A stretch of DNA of 64,000 nucleotides from Elusimicrobiales bacterium (lineage in GTDB: Bacteria > Elusimicrobiota > Elusimicrobia > Elusimicrobiales > UBA9959). Under the pieces are notes generated by a model. The model searched no databases. It was given only the letters and a program-made list of their open reading frames with translations, and was not told where the DNA came from. Location of the stretch: contig JAVHLJ010000006.1 in the NCBI GenBank assembly GCA_031082205.1, positions 1,445 through 65,444 on the forward strand, written 5' to 3'. Shown here in pieces: positions 21,801 through 30,219 of the stretch (positions within the stretch are counted from its first letter, which is position 1; the number at the start of each line of letters is the position of its first letter). Position numbers and translations under genes: made by a program.

Positions 21801-22298
21801 GGCGAGTTCGAGCCCGTCACCCTGCCGGAGGTCGAGGCCAAGTACGAGGGAGGGGAGAAGCTTTCTCCCCGCGTGAAGAAGGCCCTCGAGGCCCTGCTCA
21901 AGTCCCGCTACGAGCACATGAAGAAATACTACGGCAACATACTCATGCACGAGCCGTCCAACGAGGACGCGCTGCTGAACCTGGGCCTGCTCCACGCCCA
22001 GCACGGGGACAGCGGCGAGGCGGCCAAGTCGTTCGGGAAGCTGCTCGAAGGCGACCCCGGCCACGCGGCCGCGCTCAACAACATGGGCAACCTCGCTTTC
22101 GGCGCCGGCGACATGCCGAAGGCGTCGGATTATTATCACAAGGCTTCAAAGGCCGATCCTTTCGACGCGGAGATCTGGCTCAACCAGGCCCGCGCCGCGC
22201 TCAAGTCCGGCAAGAAGGACGACGCCAGGACCTTCGTGGAGCGCGCGGTCAGGATAGACGCCTCGCTCAAGTCCGTGGGCGACCAGCTGCTTAAATAA
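18819..22298 (+). CDS. Large secreted multidomain protein: NHL-repeat propeller(s) + FN3 + transglutaminase-like core + C-terminal TPR
   Basis: Signal peptide MKSLNFCALILAALLAAPAGA. Many NHL-type repeats (P.GLA.D..G.LYVAD..N.RV.VF). An FN3 unit (PSGFTAAAGPKGVKLSWKP...YRYRAAAV). SGDCDDLVALF...PAHIAVMFE...WWIPLETT resembles the Cys-His-Asp/Glu transglutaminase core. TPR at the C-terminus. Confidence 0.6.
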   Translation: MKSLNFCALILAALLAAPAGAYDRIEFKGQIINPMLTKPSGLASDGARVYVADAKANAVLVFEAADGKFVKKSDAQLKAPAGLAIGADRLYIADSGNSRISVTDLDGKYLWSFSGKGTSPGQLSAPQALAFGPDERLYVANTGASTIEVFNADGIYLYGFQTKRNDGVTKVKPSAIAVDVAGNVFVSDPSKSLVQRYDRAGKLLREQEIANNGLALHPDGIVYIVNAREGKVRELAYDGSVLGTFGTRGKGRTEFQNLCGAAADPAGVLYLCDDGNKKVTYIRLEGTKGEEGLKPAQLLARFTVRGPSDKAAFKTDVLAVRPDGSVVAHMPDAKELVLIEKGVKKTVASMGKLPGQVKAPRGVFAAADGRFFVADTGNDRVQVFKADGAFDSEFGGSGSGEGKFKAPTGLTVNRNANVYIADSRNKRVQAFSQDGIFLFAIGPQVGSLSLVNPVDVASDEKNNLYILDAGLKKVLVTDHSGRFLSAWDDSGALSAPASLVYDGKGFFYILDKGAYSVKIFDAAGRFQASFFSRGTGERELNNPQFLAYGGDKIHIADAGAGRIATFDIAYIPEAPSGFTAAAGPKGVKLSWKPVANDRVKGYKVFRAPAEGGKWAELAYTEAPSYEDASAEAGKEYRYRAAAVSGAGFAGEYTAHEKVTASAGGAAAARPAPAARDPRNVAPVEIEPVELNYIFSANYKRYLTKPVGRIAVRNNTDKAFSNVKISFHLRDYMDFPHDSILESIGPNEVKEVDLMATLNNRVLGITEDTPIQAQLSVVYYSDGQERTATLNRPIKVLSKNAIVWDRPERLATFITAKDTPVFSFSRYALVETAKLEKEAAMLDENLVKALYAWEALGEEGLAYLADPVNPYATAKSGAEAHMLDTVQFPRTTLKIRSGDCDDLVALFSSIFEAGGLRAALLDFPAHIAVMFEAKSADAREIGLPEDMLVRHNDSWWIPLETTMVGKDFYDAVSTAADMYRKMKDSVRVADVRLAWGEFEPVTLPEVEAKYEGGEKLSPRVKKALEALLKSRYEHMKKYYGNILMHEPSNEDALLNLGLLHAQHGDSGEAAKSFGKLLEGDPGHAAALNNMGNLAFGAGDMPKASDYYHKASKADPFDAEIWLNQARAALKSGKKDDARTFVERAVRIDASLKSVGDQLLK

Positions 22299-22309
22299 AG
22301 AGGGAGAGA

Positions 22310-22852
22310 ATGGGAGGAACCATGAACAAGACCATATTGGCGGCGGCGCTGATCGCCTTCTGCGCGGGAATGTCCGCGGCCGAAGACAAGGCCCCGGCGG
22401 CGGGCGCCGCCCAGGAAAAAGCCCGGGCCGGCGAAAAGAAGGACTGGAAATCCTGGTACGACAACCTCTACAAGGGGCTCCGCTCCAAGGTGCAGGGCCG
22501 GTTCGAGTCCAAGACCCGCGTCAGCGCGGTCGCCGCGGTGCGGGGCAGCAAGACCGGCCGCGACGCCTCCGAGCTCTACTGGAAGGGCGGCGTTTCTGAA
22601 CAGGCCCGCAAGAAGGCCGAGGCCGAGCGCAAGGCGCTGGGCGACGCGGTGGAACTGGTCGTCAACGGCGACGCCGCCGGCGGCCGCGCGGCCCTTGAAA
22701 AGTTCATGAAGGAGAACCCGGACAGCGCGTACCTGCCCGAAGCCCGCGAGGCCCTGGAGATGCTCCCCGCCGGCGAGGCCGCCCCGGCCCAGCCGCCAGC
22801 CGCTCCCGCCGTTCCGGCCAAGACCGCTGAGGAGACCCCCGCCGGAAAGTAA
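22310..22852 (+). CDS. Hypothetical secreted protein
   Basis: Signal peptide NKTILAAALIAFCAGMSAAED. The start may be ATG 22322. 11 nt downstream of the NHL gene. Confidence 0.45.
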   Translation: MGGTMNKTILAAALIAFCAGMSAAEDKAPAAGAAQEKARAGEKKDWKSWYDNLYKGLRSKVQGRFESKTRVSAVAAVRGSKTGRDASELYWKGGVSEQARKKAEAERKALGDAVELVVNGDAAGGRAALEKFMKENPDSAYLPEAREALEMLPAGEAAPAQPPAAPAVPAKTAEETPAGK

Positions 22853-22865
22853 AGCCCCGGATGAT

Positions 22866-22898
22866 AAAAGAGGCGGCCCGAGGGCCGCCTCTTTTTTT
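22866..22898. terminator. Bidirectional intrinsic terminator
   Basis: AAAAGAGGCGGCC-cgag-GGCCGCCTCTTTTTTT. Confidence 0.85.
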
Positions 22899-22911
22899 GC
22901 CTATCTGGCGC

Positions 22912-23688
22912 CTATTGCAGGGGGGTGCCGGGGAGTTTTTGCGTGCTGCCGGGTTCGGGGTACACTACCGGGGAATGCTCTATCTCTTCGGGCGCCTGCG
23001 GGACGGGCGTGCCGGTCTCTTCCTCCGGCGCCGGTCCCGCGTCCTCCGCGGGGGCGGGAGGGTTCTTCAGGCTGGCGTAAACGTCGGTGGCCGTCTTCCA
23101 GAGCAGGTTCCTGTGCAGGGCGCTTTCCCTGGCGCCGGGGCTGGCGAAAGGGTAGAGGGGGAATATAAGCGCGTGGAAAACGGTCCTGTGGGTAGCCAAC
23201 TCCTCGGCCAGCGTGAACTTGTCCCTGTCCGAAGTGACCGTCAGCCTGTAATTCGCCCGCAGCGACCGCGGGAAGATCATTATCCAGGGGGTTTCCACCA
23301 GGAAAGAGCCGAAAAGGTCGCGGTAGGTCCACCGGCCGTAGCTGGTGAGGTCCAGGTAAAGGGTCCCTTTGCCCCTCGCGCGGTCGTAGAGGCCGGCCTC
23401 GGCCATCACTTTCTCCGCCTTCCTCCGGAACTCGAAGAACTCCTCCCTGCCGACGGGGACGGGCTTGGGAGGGGGAGTCCCTTCCACCGTCCCCTGGCCT
23501 ATGAGCTCCGCCGGGTTGAAATACGGGTAGTTGGTCCAGGTGAACTTGATGGCGGAGAAAGGGACTATCTCCCTGTCGGCCAGCATGTCGCGCAGGTGGT
23601 TGCGGTCGACGCGCACGTCGCCGGACTGGAACGAGGCGCAGCCGGAGAGCCCCAGCGCGGCCATGAGCAAAATCGTGTTCGGTTTCAT
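22912..23688 (-). CDS. Hypothetical lipoprotein
   Basis: MKPNTILLMAALGLSGCASF contains a lipobox (LSGC). I prefer ATG 23688 to the TTG at 23700. Confidence 0.55.
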   Translation of the reverse strand: MKPNTILLMAALGLSGCASFQSGDVRVDRNHLRDMLADREIVPFSAIKFTWTNYPYFNPAELIGQGTVEGTPPPKPVPVGREEFFEFRRKAEKVMAEAGLYDRARGKGTLYLDLTSYGRWTYRDLFGSFLVETPWIMIFPRSLRANYRLTVTSDRDKFTLAEELATHRTVFHALIFPLYPFASPGARESALHRNLLWKTATDVYASLKNPPAPAEDAGPAPEEETGTPVPQAPEEIEHSPVVYPEPGSTQKLPGTPLQ

Positions 23689-23831
23689 CGGCCCATACAA
23701 ATTATCACATTAAGGGCCCAAAATCCAATCGGAGCGGCCGCGGCCGCATTAATCCGCGTCAATGACACGGCACGGAACAGAGTTATATAATGTCCACGCC
23801 GCTTGAAAGCCGCTCCTGAGGGGGATTTTCC

Positions 23832-25070
23832 ATGTCGATGAGTTTCCGCCAGACCGACCTTACCGTGAATTCGGGTGACAGCAATTTTTCCGTGCGCATA
23901 CGCAACGCGCGCGTGGAGGACGCCAGGCGCATACAGGTGCTCTACGCCGAGGTCTACGGCCCCAATTACTCCGTTTCACTGGTCTCCGACAAAGCCAAGA
24001 TGCTCCACGCGATAACCAGCGACGACTATGTCTGGCTGGTCGGGGAGCACAACGGCAGGATAATAGCCAGCCAGATAGTGCAGATAGACCCCGCCAACCG
24101 CCTGGCCAAGGCGCTGGGCGCCGTGGTCTCCCGCGAATACCGGCGCCACAACCTGATCTATTCCATGATGGAGATCATCATGGAAAGCGTGACGAAGAAG
24201 CACAAGCTGGTGGACGCGGTGTACGCCACCACCCGGACCGTTACCGCGGCGCCCCAGAAGATACTCAACAACATGGGCTTCTCCGCGCTGGGGATATTCC
24301 CCAACGCGCACAAGGTGTACGAGCACGAGACCCACTGCCTGACCGCCTACTACGTGATCCCCGCCTGGGGCAGGCGCCGCAGGCCCGTCAGGATACTCAA
24401 GCAGATAGAGCCGTTCTACAGGCTGGCGCAGCGCGAGCTTCTGGCCAAGCTGCCCGGCAAGGAGCTCGAGCTCGGCCGGCCGAAGATCATGCCGGAGGGC
24501 TACATCGACGAGAATCCCCAGCCGGGGCGCCATAACGAGAACCTGATACAGTTCGAGACCATACAGGCGCCGAGTTTCGTCTCCGCCCGATTCAGGAAAA
24601 TGGGGACCAGCGGGGTCTTCTCCAACTCGTACGTGCCTTTCCACAAGCCCAACCTGATGCTGGTCTCCCACGACCAGAAGACCGAGATCTACATGCAGTA
24701 CAACCCGCAGGACCACTACTCCGTGATACTGGGGGGCAACACCGTGGTGACGGATTTCGCCCTGCTCCTCAACAGCGTGGCCGAGGTGATACGCGGCATG
24801 AACGTGAGCTACCTCGAATGCCTGGTCGACGCCTACACCCCCGAACTCCAGCGCCAGGCCATGCACGCCGGCTTCCTGCCCAGCGCCTATTTCCCCTCCA
24901 TGCGCCAGGTCGGCCGCAAGAGGTGGGATTATATCGCCTTCTCCCGCTCCTTCGAGATACTGGACTTCCGCAAGGTCAGCCTCATCCGGACCTACCGTTC
25001 CTACCTCAAGGAGTACATAAAGCTCTGGAACGAAATGTACGTGGAGACGGCCCTGAGGAGCCGGCATTGA
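23832..25070 (+). CDS. GNAT-family N-acetyltransferase, apparently two tandem GNAT-like halves
   Basis: 412 aa. The N-terminal VRIRNARVEDARRIQVLYAEVYG...ALGAVVSREYRRHNL is a GNAT-like core. The C-terminal half again looks GNAT-like (YLECLVDAYTPELQRQAMHAGFLPSAYFP). Confidence 0.5.
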   Translation: MSMSFRQTDLTVNSGDSNFSVRIRNARVEDARRIQVLYAEVYGPNYSVSLVSDKAKMLHAITSDDYVWLVGEHNGRIIASQIVQIDPANRLAKALGAVVSREYRRHNLIYSMMEIIMESVTKKHKLVDAVYATTRTVTAAPQKILNNMGFSALGIFPNAHKVYEHETHCLTAYYVIPAWGRRRRPVRILKQIEPFYRLAQRELLAKLPGKELELGRPKIMPEGYIDENPQPGRHNENLIQFETIQAPSFVSARFRKMGTSGVFSNSYVPFHKPNLMLVSHDQKTEIYMQYNPQDHYSVILGGNTVVTDFALLLNSVAEVIRGMNVSYLECLVDAYTPELQRQAMHAGFLPSAYFPSMRQVGRKRWDYIAFSRSFEILDFRKVSLIRTYRSYLKEYIKLWNEMYVETALRSRH

Positions 25071-26227
25071 TGGCGCGCGCCATCTCCACGCCGATTTCCT
25101 CGCCGCTCGGAGGGCGGAGCGCGATGGACCGCCTGATGGAGGCGCCCGCCTATGACCGCTCCGCGCGCTCGGGAGCCCTTTTCCTGGAGGCCATGCGCGA
25201 GGCCGCCCGCGTCCATTGCCGCCGCAATCCCCGGTTCAGGGGGCTGTGGAAGCTCGCCGGCTTCTCTCCCTCCGACCTGCGCGCCGAGCCCGACCTGGCG
25301 CGCATGCCCCACGTGTTCGTGGCGGCGCTCAAGGAGAGGGACTTCGTCTCCATCCCCCGCCGGGAGATAGTCCTGGAGCTGACCTCCAGCGGCACCTCCG
25401 GCCAGCGCAGCCGCACCGTCCTGGACCAGGGCTCGCTGCTGCGCGTGCGGCGGATGGTATGGCGGATCTTCGGCGCCCTCGGCATGGCCGGGGACGGCGC
25501 GGTCAACGATTACCTCTGCTTCACCTACGATCCCCGCGTGGCGAAGGACGTCGGTACGGCCTTCAGCGACGAGAGCCTCACCGGCCTCACCCCGAGGGGG
25601 GAGGTCTTCTACGCGCTGCGCTGGGACGCGGCGAAGAAATCTTTTTATTTCGACATGGCCGGGGCCCTGGCCGCGCTGGAGCGCTTCGAAAGCTCCGGCC
25701 GCCCGGCCAGGCTGATAGGCTTCCCGGCGCACGCCATGGCCGTCTGCGACGAGTTCCGCGCGCGGCGCGGCCGCGCCGTGCGGCTGCATCCCGGCAGCTG
25801 GGTCATAACCGGCGGCGGCTGGAAGGACAAGCAGGACCGCGCGGTGGACAAGGGCGAGATGCGCGCCCGCCTGGCGGCCTCGCTCGGCCTGGGCCCGGAG
25901 CGCGTGCGCGACCTCTTCGGCATGGTAGAGCACGGCGTGCCCTACGTGGACTGCCCGCTCGGCAACTTCCACGTGCCGGCCTACAGCCGGGTCATCGCCC
26001 GCCACCCGGCCACGCTGGAGCCGCTGCCCTACGGAGAGACCGGCCTGCTGCAGTTCATAACCCCGTACCTGTCCAGCTACCCCTCGATCTCGCTGCTCTC
26101 CAGCGACAAGGGCCGGCTGGAGGAGCGCTGCTCCTGCGGGCTCGGCGGCCCCGTCATGCATATCGCCGGCCGGGCCGGGGTGAAGAAAATGAAGGGGTGC
26201 GCCATCTCGGCGTCCACGATGCTATGA
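25070..26227 (+). CDS. LuxE-like acyl-protein synthetase / adenylate-forming enzyme
   Basis: I place the start at ATG 25070, overlapping the GNAT stop (TGATG). LELTSSGTSGQRSR is an AMP-forming P-loop-like motif. Overall layout matches the LuxE family (PF04443-type) as I recall it. Confidence 0.6.
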   Translation: MARAISTPISSPLGGRSAMDRLMEAPAYDRSARSGALFLEAMREAARVHCRRNPRFRGLWKLAGFSPSDLRAEPDLARMPHVFVAALKERDFVSIPRREIVLELTSSGTSGQRSRTVLDQGSLLRVRRMVWRIFGALGMAGDGAVNDYLCFTYDPRVAKDVGTAFSDESLTGLTPRGEVFYALRWDAAKKSFYFDMAGALAALERFESSGRPARLIGFPAHAMAVCDEFRARRGRAVRLHPGSWVITGGGWKDKQDRAVDKGEMRARLAASLGLGPERVRDLFGMVEHGVPYVDCPLGNFHVPAYSRVIARHPATLEPLPYGETGLLQFITPYLSSYPSISLLSSDKGRLEERCSCGLGGPVMHIAGRAGVKKMKGCAISASTML

Positions 26228-28872
26228 AAAGACCAGACGCTTATATTTTCGGGAGGGAAACGGCCAGGACCTCGCCCTGGACCCCGGCCGAGGTGGAGAA
26301 GGTCTGCCTGCGCGCCCGCGCCGCGGCCGACAGGCTGCGCGCGGCGGGGCCGGACTATGTCCTGGACACGCTGGCCGAGGTCGGCCGCTTCTGTTCCGAC
26401 GAGAGGAGCCCGTGGTACCGCGAGGCCTTCCGGCAGGTCAGGGAACAGTCGGGCTTCTCGCGCGAGACCATAGCGGCCTCGATGAAGGTGCTGCCCGCGA
26501 TCTTCGACCGGGGGGAAATGGAGAAAAGGCTGCGCCTCGAGCTTTTCCTGCCGGGCGCCCTGGACGCCTGCGTCGCCCGCGAAGGCTACGACGGCCTGGT
26601 CACGGCCGTGCCGCGCGGCGTGGTCCTGCACGTCGGGGCGGGCAACGTCTTCCTCGGCATAATAGACTCGCTTCTCATGGGAATGCTGACCCGCAACGCC
26701 AACGTGGTCAAGACGGCCAGCGGCGGCGCGGCTTCCATGGTCCATTTCGCGCGGGCCCTTAAGAAATGCGACCGCAGGGGCCTGCTGGCCTCCTCGGTGG
26801 CCGTTCTCAGCTGGCCCGGCGGGGCCGCCGGGGTGGAGGAGGCCGCCGCGCGCAGCGTGGACGCCGTGATGGTCTGGGGCGGAGAGGAAGCGGTTGCTGC
26901 CTACCGGCGCGCCGCGCCGTCGCAGGTCCACGTGGCCGGCTTCGGCCCCAAGGTCAGCATGGCCGTCGTCTTCCCGTCGGCCCTGGGCTCCGCCGGCGCG
27001 GACGCCGTGGCGGAGAGGCTGGCCCGCGACGCCAGCGTCTGGGAGCAGAACGCCTGCTCCTCGCCGCACACCGCTTTCATCGTGGACCCGGACCTGCGCC
27101 GCAGGGACCCTCTGGCCCGCGGTTTCTGCTCCGCCCTTTCCGCCGCTTTCGAGAAGCTGCGCCGCGAGCTGCCGCCCGGCGAGCTCTCCTTCGACGAGCA
27201 GGTCGAGATCACCCGCGCCCGCGAGCTGGCGAAGGCGGACATGGCCGTCGGCGAGGCCTCGCTCCGCAGCTCTTTCCCTTCCACCGCCTGGACCGTCATA
27301 TCGGAGAAGGACCCGGTGTTCCGCGTCTCCGCTCTCAACCGCACGCTCTACGTGAAGTGCGTGGCCTCGTTCAGGGAGGTAGAGAAGGCCGCGGCCGCCT
27401 ACCGCGGGCACATACAGACCGCCGGCGTGGCCGGCACCATGGAGGAGCGCGAGGAGGCCGCCCGCCGGCTGGCGCCGCTCGGCATAGCGCGCGTCACCAG
27501 GCTGGGCGCCATGCTGGAAAGCCCGGCCGGCTCGCCTCACGACGGGACCTTTCCCATGCGCGAGCTGGTGCGCTTCACCGGCGTCGAGGGAGGCCCCGCG
27601 CCGGCCGACGTCCTTTCCGGGCTCGTGGAGCACGCCAGGGAGAAAAGCCCTTTCTACCGCCGCCACCTGCGCGGCGTGAAGAAGATATTTTCGGAGGAGG
27701 AGTTCCGGTCGGTGCCCCTGCTGACCAAGGAGCACATCCTGGCGAACACGCCGCCGGACAGCTCCGACATGTTCACCGGACCCGTAGGTTCCGGGGTCTA
27801 CTTCGCCAGCGGCGGCTCCACCGGCAGCCCCAAGTACATCTTCTACGACTGGAAGGAGTTCGACCGTCTCTGCCGGATGGTCGGCCGCGCCTACATGAGC
27901 GCGGGACTGGGGGCGGAGGACAGGGCCGCCAACCTTTTCGTCGCGGGCAATCTCTGGTCCAGCTGGGTGGGAGTAGAGCGCGCCCTCTCCACCACCCCGG
28001 CCGTCAGCGTGCCGGTCGGCAGCGCGCTGCCCATGGAGAGCATAGTGAAATACCTCTCCGAGTTCAGGGTGACGGCGATCATAGGCCTCCCTTCTTTCCT
28101 GCTCAAGCTGGCGCAGTACTGCGAGGAGGACCCGGCGCGCCGGAAGTTCCCGCTGCGCTACATCTTCTACGGCGGCGAGTACGTCGGCCCGGAGATGAGG
28201 GCCTACTTCGGCAGGGTCTTCCCCGGGGTCCGGCTGCGCTCCGGCGGCTACGCCACTGTCGACGCCGGCCTGATAGGCTACCACTGCGCGCATTGCGAGG
28301 GAGGGGTCCATCACCTCATGCGCTCCGAGCAGTACCTGGAGATACTGGACCCGGAGACCTGGAAGCCGGTATCCGGCGGCGGCGTGGGCGAGCTCGTCGT
28401 GACGGTCCTCAACAAGCGGCACATGCCGATAATCCGCTTCAGGACCGGCGACCTCGGCCGCTGGCTGGAGGGGCCCTGCGCCTGCGGCGGCTCCGACCCC
28501 CGCTTCGAGATACTCGGCCGCTGCGACGACCGCATACACGCCGGCGGGGCTCATATCTTCGTCAGCGACATCTCCCGGGCGATAGCCTCGGTGAAGGGCC
28601 TCAGCCTGCATTTCCAGGTGGAGATCTCCGCGGGCGCGTCAGGCGACCGGCTGAAGCTGCGCGTGGAAACGCGCGGCGCGGCCCCGGCCCCGAAAGGGAC
28701 CGCGTCCGCGCTGCTGGCGGCGCTGAGGAAGAACTGCCGGGACATGGCGGACTCGCTGGACATGAAGTGGCTGGCCCCGCCCGAGCTGGAGCTGCTGCCG
28801 CCGGGCGCCATAGAGCGCGTGGCGCGCACCGGCAAGATACGGCGCGTGATAGACCGCCGCGTGAAGGCCTGA
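26224..28872 (+). CDS. Fusion: LuxC-like acyl-CoA reductase (aldehyde-forming) + PaaK/F390-synthetase-like adenylate-forming ligase
   Basis: ATGA start/stop overlap with the LuxE-like gene. The N-terminal half has VLHVGAGNVFLGIIDSLLMGMLTRNANVVKTASG and WEQNACSSPH (LuxC-type catalytic Cys region). The C-terminal half has SPFYRRHL...VPLLTKEHI and FASGGSTGSPKYIFY (PaaK-like). Confidence 0.6.
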   Translation: MKRPDAYIFGRETARTSPWTPAEVEKVCLRARAAADRLRAAGPDYVLDTLAEVGRFCSDERSPWYREAFRQVREQSGFSRETIAASMKVLPAIFDRGEMEKRLRLELFLPGALDACVAREGYDGLVTAVPRGVVLHVGAGNVFLGIIDSLLMGMLTRNANVVKTASGGAASMVHFARALKKCDRRGLLASSVAVLSWPGGAAGVEEAAARSVDAVMVWGGEEAVAAYRRAAPSQVHVAGFGPKVSMAVVFPSALGSAGADAVAERLARDASVWEQNACSSPHTAFIVDPDLRRRDPLARGFCSALSAAFEKLRRELPPGELSFDEQVEITRARELAKADMAVGEASLRSSFPSTAWTVISEKDPVFRVSALNRTLYVKCVASFREVEKAAAAYRGHIQTAGVAGTMEEREEAARRLAPLGIARVTRLGAMLESPAGSPHDGTFPMRELVRFTGVEGGPAPADVLSGLVEHAREKSPFYRRHLRGVKKIFSEEEFRSVPLLTKEHILANTPPDSSDMFTGPVGSGVYFASGGSTGSPKYIFYDWKEFDRLCRMVGRAYMSAGLGAEDRAANLFVAGNLWSSWVGVERALSTTPAVSVPVGSALPMESIVKYLSEFRVTAIIGLPSFLLKLAQYCEEDPARRKFPLRYIFYGGEYVGPEMRAYFGRVFPGVRLRSGGYATVDAGLIGYHCAHCEGGVHHLMRSEQYLEILDPETWKPVSGGGVGELVVTVLNKRHMPIIRFRTGDLGRWLEGPCACGGSDPRFEILGRCDDRIHAGGAHIFVSDISRAIASVKGLSLHFQVEISAGASGDRLKLRVETRGAAPAPKGTASALLAALRKNCRDMADSLDMKWLAPPELELLPPGAIERVARTGKIRRVIDRRVKA

Positions 28873-28885
28873 CCGCCGGCCGCTT

Positions 28886-28894
28886 TGGTAGAAT
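28886..28894 (+). promoter_or_regulatory. Candidate extended -10 promoter element for the downstream aminopeptidase
   Basis: TGGTAGAAT (TGnTAnAAT) lies 48 nt upstream of ATG 28942. It is followed by the tandem palindromes CGGGCCCGaCGGGCCCG and the SD GGAGG. Confidence 0.35.
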
Positions 28895-28941
28895 ATCCGC
28901 GGGCCCGACGGGCCCGGCAGACGCGCGCACGGAGGATACAC

Positions 28942-30147
28942 ATGAGCGTTTACACGTCGAAGCAGCTGGAAAAATACGCCGATACTCTTATCTGGGGCCT
29001 GACCACCTCCCGCCCCAAGCCTTTCAAAAAATACGACAACATCCTGGTCAGGTGCGACCTTGAAGCTCGGCCGCTCGGCGAGACAGTCTACCGCAAACTG
29101 GTCGGTCGCGGTTTCAACGTGGTCTTCAATTTTCTCGCCACTCCCGCCATAGAGCGCTCCTTCCTCGAGCGTTCAGACCCCAGGCAGCGCGCCTTCCTCG
29201 GGTCCTGGGACGAGGAACTTTATGACAACCTTAACGGGTATGTCTACATAAACGCGCCGAGCTCGCTCACGCATCTGAAGGATATAGATCCAAAGCGGCA
29301 ATCCGAGGCCGCCATAGCGCGAAAGCCCCTGTTCAGGATCCGGGATAAACGCGAGGAAAAAGGGCTGTTTTCCTGGGTTCTCTGCACATATCCCACTGAA
29401 GAGCTCGCCAGCAGGGCGAAACTTACGCTGAAGGAATACGCCGCCCAGATCGCCAAGGCCTGCTATATCAACGAGCCCGACCCGGCGAAGAAATGGAACG
29501 CCGTCTTCAAAGAAGTAACGGCCATAAAGAAATGGCTCAACGCGATGCCCATTGACACCATACGCACGGAATCCGCCTCGATGGACTTTACGGTGAAACT
29601 GGGCGAGCGCAGGAAGTTCCTGGGCGTGAGGGGTCATAATATCCCCAGCTTCGAGATCTTCACCTCGCCCGACTGGCGCGGCACGCGAGGCGTCTATTGC
29701 GCCAACCTGCCGACCTTCCGCGGCGGCAATTACATCGAGAAGATACGCCTGGAATTCAAGGACGGGCGCGCCGTGAGGATCTCGGCCGCGAAAGGCGCTG
29801 ATTACGTCAGGAAGATCATGGCCACGGACAAGGGGGCCTCGCAGATAGGGGAATATTCGCTGACCGACCGCCGCTTCTCCAGGATAGACAAGTTCATGGC
29901 CGACATACTCTTCGACGAGAACCACGGCGGGAAGTACGGCAATTGCCACGTCGCCATCGGCAGCGCCTATACCGACACCTACGCCGGGGACCCCTCGAAG
30001 CTGACCAAAGAGGCCAAGGCGAAGCTTGGCTACAACGACTCGGCCGTGCACTGGGATATGATCAATACAGAGGACAAGAAGGTCACCGCGACGCTAAGGA
30101 ACGGTAAAAAAGCGACCATCTACGAGGGCGGGCAGTTCAAGTACTGA
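28942..30147 (+). CDS. M29 family aminopeptidase (AmpS/PepS/aminopeptidase T type)
   Basis: MSVYTSKQLEKYADTLIWGL and GNCHVAIGSAY are typical of M29. Start at ATG 28942 with SD GGAGG. Confidence 0.75.
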   Translation: MSVYTSKQLEKYADTLIWGLTTSRPKPFKKYDNILVRCDLEARPLGETVYRKLVGRGFNVVFNFLATPAIERSFLERSDPRQRAFLGSWDEELYDNLNGYVYINAPSSLTHLKDIDPKRQSEAAIARKPLFRIRDKREEKGLFSWVLCTYPTEELASRAKLTLKEYAAQIAKACYINEPDPAKKWNAVFKEVTAIKKWLNAMPIDTIRTESASMDFTVKLGERRKFLGVRGHNIPSFEIFTSPDWRGTRGVYCANLPTFRGGNYIEKIRLEFKDGRAVRISAAKGADYVRKIMATDKGASQIGEYSLTDRRFSRIDKFMADILFDENHGGKYGNCHVAIGSAYTDTYAGDPSKLTKEAKAKLGYNDSAVHWDMINTEDKKVTATLRNGKKATIYEGGQFKY

Positions 30148-30165
30148 TATTCCCGGTCTTCTTAT

Positions 30166-30205
30166 AAGGAGGGCCCTCCGCCGGTCACGGCGGAGGGCCC
30201 TCCTT
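30166..30205. terminator. 18-bp perfect hairpin between convergent aminopeptidase genes
   Basis: AAGGAGGGCCCTCCGCCG-gtca-CGGCGGAGGGCCCTCCTT. There is no strong U-tract on either side. Confidence 0.6.
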
Positions 30206-30219
30206 AATGCGGACCGGAC

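Noticed and set aside
24818-28872. ORF-track models 24818..26227 and 25216..28872, which suggest much longer N-termini for the LuxE-like and LuxC-like genes.
   Set aside because: The upstream extensions overlap the preceding genes in other frames and translate to Arg/Pro-rich junk. Internal ATGs at 25070 and 26224 give classic TGATG/ATGA coupling, and the family-like sequence starts there.
23832-28872. A bioluminescence (lux) operon, suggested by the LuxC/LuxE similarity.
   Set aside because: No luxA/luxB luciferase or luxD thioesterase homolog is present anywhere in the window. The extra GNAT and PaaK-like modules do not fit a lux operon.
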